Position numbers and translations under genes: made by a program. Of a stretch of 64,000 nt of DNA, positions 58,940-64,000 are shown in pieces (position 1 is the first letter of the stretch; every line of letters starts with the position of its first letter). The notes beneath the pieces are model-generated. The model was not told the origin of the DNA and ran no database searches. It was given only the letters and a program-made list of their open reading frames with translations. The DNA comes from Clostridia bacterium. Lineage in GTDB: Bacteria; Bacillota; Clostridia; UMGS1883. The stretch lies in assembly GCA_045656865.1 (NCBI GenBank), contig JAZOSB010000021.1, positions 1,140 to 65,139 on the forward strand. Reading direction: 5' to 3'.

Positions 58940-61900
58940 TTATTCTTTTTCTACGCCGATAAATACTTTTTCGCTGTTGATGTTCCATTCCTTGGAATTT
59001 TCGCATTTTGCACCGTTATTTATTGCAGTAGCGAGAACATCACCCTTGATTTCTTCGGCATTTCTGTCCATAATAGCAGAAATCTTGTCATTACCGTCAA
59101 CGAATACCTTGATGTTATCCATAACCTCAAATCCGCTGTCCTTACGCATTGTCTGAATTTTGCTGATGATTTCGCGAACGAAACCTTCTTCAATAAGTTC
59201 ATCGGAAAGGCGTGTATCAAGAACAACTGTAACACCGAAGTCACTTTCGGACTGGAAGCCCTCTACCTGTGCTGCTTCAATAAGGAGGTCTTCCTTTTCA
59301 AGGGAGATTTCCTCACCATTTACTGTAAATTTGATTGCACCGTTTGTCTCAAGCTGAGCCATAGCTTCATTACCGTCAACGGAAGCAAGGTAATCACGGA
59401 TACCGCCGAGGAATTTACCATACTTGGGACCTACTGTCTTAAGCTGAGGCTTAAAGTTATATGTGGTGCAAGCTGTAACATTGTCTGTAAACTCAACTTC
59501 CTTTACATTAAGCTCATCAGCGATGATTTCTGTATAGAAGCTGTCAAGAGTTGTATCTGCCTTAACATACATCTTGCCGATAGGCTGACGGTTCTTGATA
59601 TTGGAAGCATTTCTTGCAGCGCGGCCCAAAACAACGATGGAGAGAACATCCTCCATTGCCTTTTCAAGCTCAGGGTCAATCTTTGCTTCATCATATACAG
59701 GATAGTCGCAAAGATGTACGCTGATGGGTGCTTTTTCATCAATACTGCAAACAAGGTTTCTGTAAATTTCTTCAGCCATAAAGGGAATCATGGGAGCAGT
59801 AACCTTAGAAATAGTAACAAGTGCTGTATAAAGAGTCATATACGCATTTATCTTGTCCTGAGTCATTTCCTTGCCCCAGAAGCGTTCACGGCTTCTGCGA
59901 ACATACCAGTTACTGAGTTCATCTGTAAATTCAGAAATCACACGTGCACTTTCGGTAATCTTGTAATCGGAAAGATACTCGTCAACTGTCTTGATAAGGG
60001 TATTGAGCTTGGAAATAAGCCACTTATCCATTACGGAAAGCTTGTCATAGTCAAGAGAATACTTTGTTGCATCAAACTGGTCAATATTCGCATAGAGTAC
60101 AAAGAACGCATATGTGTTCCAGAGTGTACCCATAAACTTACGCTGACCTTCTGCAACCGCACCGTCGTGGAAACGGTTGGGAAGCCAGGGAGCACTGTTG
60201 ATATAGAAATACCAGCGGATTGCATCTGCACCGTGCTTTTCAAGGGCGTCGAAGGGGTCAACTGCGTTGCCCTTGGACTTACTCATTTTCTGTCCGTTTT
60301 CGTCCTGAACGTGGCCGAGAACAATTACGTTCTTATAAGGAGCTTCGTTGAAGATAAGGGTTGAAATAGCAAGGAGTGAGTAGAACCAACCTCTTGTCTG
60401 GTCAACTGCTTCACTGATGAAGTTTGCAGGGAAGTTTTCTTCGAAAATCTCCTTATTTTCAAAGGGATAGTGCCACTGTGCAAAGGGCATTGCACCTGAG
60501 TCAAACCAACAGTCGATAACTTCCTTGGTACGGTGCATTTCCTTACCGCATTCGGGACACTTAATTGTAACTGCATCAATGAAAGGACGGTGAAGCTCGA
60601 TTTCATCAGGACAGTTGTTGCTCATAGATTTAAGCTCTTCAATAGAGCCGATTGAATGCTGATGTCCGCATTCGCAAATCCAGATATTAAGAGGTGTACC
60701 CCAATATCTGTCACGGCTTACGCCCCAGTCCTGAACATTCTTCAGCCAATCACCGAATCTGCCCTTACCGATAGTTTCGGGAATCCAGTTAATTGTTTCG
60801 TTATTACGGATAAGGTCTTCCCTAACCTCTGTCATTTTGATAAACCACGACTCCCTTGCGTAGTAGATAAGAGGTGTGTCACATCTCCAGCAGAAAGGAT
60901 AGTCATGCTCAAACTTGGGAGCATCGAAAAGGAGTCCCCTTGATTCAAGGTCAACAAGCACCTTGGGGTCTGCGTCCTTTACAAAAAGTCCTGCAAAGGG
61001 AGTTTCCTCACTCATATTACCTGCTGCATCAACAAGTTGCACAAAAGGAAGGTCGTATTTTCTTCCAACCTGAGCATCGTCTTCACCGAATGCAGGCGCA
61101 ATGTGAACGATACCTGTACCGTCGGACATTGTTACGTAAGAGTCGCAGGTTACGAAGTGACCTTTTTTCTTCTGTTTTTCACAGATAGGCTTTACACAGT
61201 CAAAGAGTGGCTCGTATTCCTTGTATTCAAGGTCTGTTCCCTTGTAGGTTTCAAGTACTTCGTATGCAGGAGCATCTTCTGTTGCAAGCTTGCCTAAAAC
61301 CTTGTCAAGAAGTGCTTCAGCCATATAATAGGTGTAACCGTCAGCAGCCTTAACCTTGCAGTAAGTATCGTCGGGATTTACGCAAAGTGCAACGTTTGAA
61401 GGAAGTGTCCACGGAGTTGTTGTCCAAGCAAGGAAATAACTGTCCTCACCCACTACCTTGAAACGAACTACTGCGGAGCGTTCCTTTACATTTTTGTAGC
61501 CCTGAGCAACCTCGTGTGAAGAAAGAGGTGTTCCGCAGCGTGGACAGTAGGGAACGATTTTAAAGCCCTTGTAAAGAAGGCCCTTATCCCAAATCTGCTT
61601 AAGCGCCCACCATTCGGACTCAATGAAGTTATTGTCATAGGTTACATAAGGGTCATCCATATCAGCCCAGAAGCCAACTGTCTGTGAGAAATCCTCCCAC
61701 ATACCCTTATATTTCCATACGCTTTCCTTACACTTTGCAATGAAAGGCTCAAGACCGTACTGTTCAATCTGCTCCTTACCGTCAAGGCCGAGAAGTTTCT
61801 CAACCTCAAGCTCAACGGGAAGACCGTGTGTATCCCAGCCTGCCTTACGTGTTACTTTGTAGCCCTTCATTGTGCGGTAACGGGGAATCATATCCTTGAT

Positions 61901-62089
61901 AACACGTGTTAAAACGTGACCGATATGAGGCTTTCCGTTAGCTGTGGGAGGACCGTCGTAAAATGTGTAGCTTTCACATCCAAGGCGGTTTTCAATACTT
62001 TTTTCAAAGATATTGTTTTCACGCCAGAATTTGCCGATTTTCTTTTCTCTCTCGACAAAATTGAGAGTGGTATCAACTTTGTTGTACAT
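58940..62089 (-). CDS. ileS: Isoleucine-tRNA ligase, type 2
   Basis: DGPPTANG.PHIGH, GWDTHGLP, WTTTPWTLP, SR.RYWGTP and KMSKS motifs. It is 1049 aa with a type-2 style C-terminus and no type-1 zinc finger. Confidence 0.96.
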   Translation of the reverse strand: MYNKVDTTLNFVEREKKIGKFWRENNIFEKSIENRLGCESYTFYDGPPTANGKPHIGHVLTRVIKDMIPRYRTMKGYKVTRKAGWDTHGLPVELEVEKLLGLDGKEQIEQYGLEPFIAKCKESVWKYKGMWEDFSQTVGFWADMDDPYVTYDNNFIESEWWALKQIWDKGLLYKGFKIVPYCPRCGTPLSSHEVAQGYKNVKERSAVVRFKVVGEDSYFLAWTTTPWTLPSNVALCVNPDDTYCKVKAADGYTYYMAEALLDKVLGKLATEDAPAYEVLETYKGTDLEYKEYEPLFDCVKPICEKQKKKGHFVTCDSYVTMSDGTGIVHIAPAFGEDDAQVGRKYDLPFVQLVDAAGNMSEETPFAGLFVKDADPKVLVDLESRGLLFDAPKFEHDYPFCWRCDTPLIYYARESWFIKMTEVREDLIRNNETINWIPETIGKGRFGDWLKNVQDWGVSRDRYWGTPLNIWICECGHQHSIGSIEELKSMSNNCPDEIELHRPFIDAVTIKCPECGKEMHRTKEVIDCWFDSGAMPFAQWHYPFENKEIFEENFPANFISEAVDQTRGWFYSLLAISTLIFNEAPYKNVIVLGHVQDENGQKMSKSKGNAVDPFDALEKHGADAIRWYFYINSAPWLPNRFHDGAVAEGQRKFMGTLWNTYAFFVLYANIDQFDATKYSLDYDKLSVMDKWLISKLNTLIKTVDEYLSDYKITESARVISEFTDELSNWYVRRSRERFWGKEMTQDKINAYMTLYTALVTISKVTAPMIPFMAEEIYRNLVCSIDEKAPISVHLCDYPVYDEAKIDPELEKAMEDVLSIVVLGRAARNASNIKNRQPIGKMYVKADTTLDSFYTEIIADELNVKEVEFTDNVTACTTYNFKPQLKTVGPKYGKFLGGIRDYLASVDGNEAMAQLETNGAIKFTVNGEEISLEKEDLLIEAAQVEGFQSESDFGVTVVLDTRLSDELIEEGFVREIISKIQTMRKDSGFEVMDNIKVFVDGNDKISAIMDRNAEEIKGDVLATAINNGAKCENSKEWNINSEKVFIGVEKE

Positions 62090-62133
62090 AGTTTTACCTC
62101 CAAAAAGATTGTATAAATTTAATAATAAGCAAT

Positions 62134-62352
62134 AAAAAAACTACGCCCTCTAATCAGGACGAAGTACTCGCACCACCTAATTAGCATACCATCATATGCA
62201 TCCCCTTAACGGAGGGATTGCCCGTTGCAAGCTACTGAGTTCACCTGCACAGCTCGGAAGTGATATTCACGGAAATCTACTTTGTATCGGGCTTACACCG
62301 TCCCCGACTCGCTTCGCATTTTAAAAACCGCTACTGTCTTCGTCACAGCCTC
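62134..62352 (-). ncRNA. Ile T-box leader
   Basis: Stem I has AGUA, AGCGAG, GGUGUAA and specifier GAAU-AUC-A (AUC at 62262-62264). Stem II, IIA (CCGUUA) and III follow, then antiterminator AAUUAGG-UGGU-GCGAG...UUCGU-CCUGAUU and a terminator with U7. Confidence 0.88.
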
Positions 62353-62370
62353 TGTATGTAGTTCCCCATA

Positions 62371-62399
62371 AGTATAATACTTTCAATTAAAAATGTCAA
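62371..62399 (-). promoter_or_regulatory. Sigma-A promoter of ileS
   Basis: TTGACA-17 bp-TATACT. Confidence 0.8.
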
Positions 62400-62409
62400 C
62401 TGTTTTTTG

Positions 62410-62438
62410 TTGACATTGGGCGGAAAATATTATAAAAT
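62410..62438 (+). promoter_or_regulatory. Sigma-A promoter of walRK-like operon
   Basis: TTGACA-17 bp-TAAAAT. Confidence 0.7.
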
Positions 62439-62481
62439 ATACTATGTATAATAGTATACGTATGAAACGGAGGTTTACGAT

Positions 62482-63171
62482 ATGGATAAGCTGATTCTTG
62501 TAATTGAGGACGAGGCACCCATAGTTGAAATATTGAAATTTAATCTTACAAAGTCGGGCTACCGTGTACTTACCGCTTTTGATGGTGAGGAGGGTTACCG
62601 CCTTGCATTAAGCGAAAAACCTGACCTCATTCTTCTTGATGTAATGCTTCCCAAAATGGACGGGTTTGAGGTTTGCAAAAAAGTCCGCGAAAAGCAGTCT
62701 ACCCCCATAATTATGCTTACTGCCAGGGATGAAGAGGTTGACAAGGTACTCGGTCTTGAGCTTGGTGCGGACGATTATTGCACAAAGCCCTTTTCCGTGC
62801 GTGAGCTGATGGCTCGTGTCAAGGCAAATATCCGCCGTACATCTGCCGACGCTCCCACAAATGAAAGCGGTGACCTTATTACATTCCAGAATCTTATCAT
62901 CAATCCTTCAAGATATGAGGTTTCAAAGGATGATAAGATTATTGATTTGACTCTGCGTGAGTTTGAGCTTTTGAAGTTCCTTGCAATTCAGCCGGGACAG
63001 ATATTCACCCGTGAAACCCTTCTTGAAAAGGTTTGGGGCTATGAATATTTCGGTGATGTGCGTACTGTGGATGTAACAGTACGAAGACTCCGCGAAAAGG
63101 TTGAGGATAACCCCGCCTCCCCCAATTTTATTATGACAAAACGTGGTGTGGGTTACTATTTCAATAAGTAA
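62482..63171 (+). CDS. OmpR-family response regulator (WalR/YycF-like)
   Basis: IEDE, LLDVMLP, LTA, GADDY.TKPF, LTLREFELL and RTVDVTVRRLREK motifs. Confidence 0.92.
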   Translation: MDKLILVIEDEAPIVEILKFNLTKSGYRVLTAFDGEEGYRLALSEKPDLILLDVMLPKMDGFEVCKKVREKQSTPIIMLTARDEEVDKVLGLELGADDYCTKPFSVRELMARVKANIRRTSADAPTNESGDLITFQNLIINPSRYEVSKDDKIIDLTLREFELLKFLAIQPGQIFTRETLLEKVWGYEYFGDVRTVDVTVRRLREKVEDNPASPNFIMTKRGVGYYFNK

Positions 63172-63183
63172 GGTAGATTAAGA

Positions 63184-64000
63184 ATGTTCAAGAGTATTCA
63201 GTGGAAAATAATAGCAATATTTCTGTTGCTTACCGTCAGCGTAATGATAGTTGTCGGTACTTTTCTGATACAAAATATTTCCGCTTACTACTACAATGAT
63301 TTCTACACTTCCCTTGATTCGCAGGTGTTTACGGAGGATGTTGTTGCTGATTTCGAGGAAACAACAGATGATACTGACCCCCTTTATAAATGTCTAGACC
63401 TGCTGAAGGTATATTCAGTACGAATGGGAATTGATTCGTTCCGTAATTACTATGTGCTTGACAGCTCGTTGAATATTCTCGGTGGCTCTTCCTCGGAAAC
63501 AGGAACACGGGAAGCTACGCCTAACCTGGTGCTTGCCCTCGACGGAAAGCGCGGCAATGTTTCCGAGCAGGATTCCGAAATTATGGACTATGCACTTCCA
63601 ATAAAAGACGGGCAGTACATAATCTATATTACCGATTCAATGCAGGAAGTAAACGAAATTACCACCAATATGTATATTAACATATTCTGGGCACTTCTTT
63701 TTGGACTTCTTATCAGCTTGATTTTGGGATTTTTCCTGTCAAGCACTATTATTGCTCCTATTTCCACACTCCAGCACCGAAGCGAGAGTATGGCAGAGGG
63801 CGATTTCACCCATAAAATTGAGGTGCGTTCCAGAGATGAAATAGGCAGACTTACCATAGCATTTAACGAGATGGCGGCAAAAATCAACACCAGTCTGGAA
63901 GAAATTCAAGCAGAAAAGAACAAGGTTGAGGCTATTCTTTTAAATATGACAGATGCCGTTCTTGCGTACGATAACAATGGGGTTTTAATTCACATAAACC
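63184..64000 (+). CDS. Sensor histidine kinase, WalK-like (5' part; runs off the window)
   Basis: Hand translation gives MFKSIQWKIIAIFLLL..., a second TM helix, HAMP PISTLQHRSESMAEGDF...DEIGRLTIAFNEM, and the start of a PAS domain NMTDAVLAYD. Confidence 0.88.
   Translation, partial: MFKSIQWKIIAIFLLLTVSVMIVVGTFLIQNISAYYYNDFYTSLDSQVFTEDVVADFEETTDDTDPLYKCLDLLKVYSVRMGIDSFRNYYVLDSSLNILGGSSSETGTREATPNLVLALDGKRGNVSEQDSEIMDYALPIKDGQYIIYITDSMQEVNEITTNMYINIFWALLFGLLISLILGFFLSSTIIAPISTLQHRSESMAEGDFTHKIEVRSRDEIGRLTIAFNEMAAKINTSLEEIQAEKNKVEAILLNMTDAVLAYDNNGVLIHIN

Noticed and set aside
58940-62089. Type-2 IleRS as an acquired mupirocin resistance gene
   Set aside because: It is chromosomal, T-box regulated and has a canonical HIGH motif with no mobility genes. 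Type 2 is the normal form in many Clostridia.
1-64000. CRISPR arrays, tRNA/rRNA genes, transposases, integrases, phage or defence genes
   Set aside because: I saw no regularly spaced repeats, cloverleafs, rRNA signatures or mobile/defence protein motifs by eye. tRNAscan, CRISPR finders and DefenseFinder would be needed to exclude weak cases.

Overview
Chromosomal, mostly housekeeping window (roughly 40% GC by eye) of a Clostridia-like Firmicute. I found no rRNA, tRNA, CRISPR array, prophage or transposase. In order, it contains: a ZTP-riboswitch-led purine operon (purE-purF-purM-purN-purO-like-purH'-purD-purL, minus strand); an amino-acid ABC importer with EamA and glutaminase; an internally deleted VIT1/CCC1-like pseudogene; a GT2 plus LTA-synthase-family pair; cvpA, DUF5711, truA and ecfTAA; an ABC exporter-DUF1854-ABC exporter locus; queA and spoIID-like; asd-dapA-dapB-hlyIII; yybS-gdpP-rplI-dnaB-tilS-hpt-ftsH; PqqD plus YnbB-like; a Cu-ATPase; an AraC-linked four-gene amino-sugar-type catabolic operon; a stand-alone trpB with a Trp T-box; DUF4430 and ABC-F; a GGDEF cyclase followed by a c-di-GMP-I-riboswitch-controlled EAL protein; ileS with an Ile T-box; and walR-walK-like genes. 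The most unusual signals are two non-canonical T-box antiterminators (the ileS bulge is UGGU instead of UGGNACC), the uncharacterised deacetylase/kinase/aldolase/NagB-like operon, the DUF1854 ABC locus with a Zn-ribbon N-terminal module, a PurF lacking Cys1 next to a free glutaminase, and a self-limiting c-di-GMP module. All family assignments are from motif recognition by eye; no database search was run.
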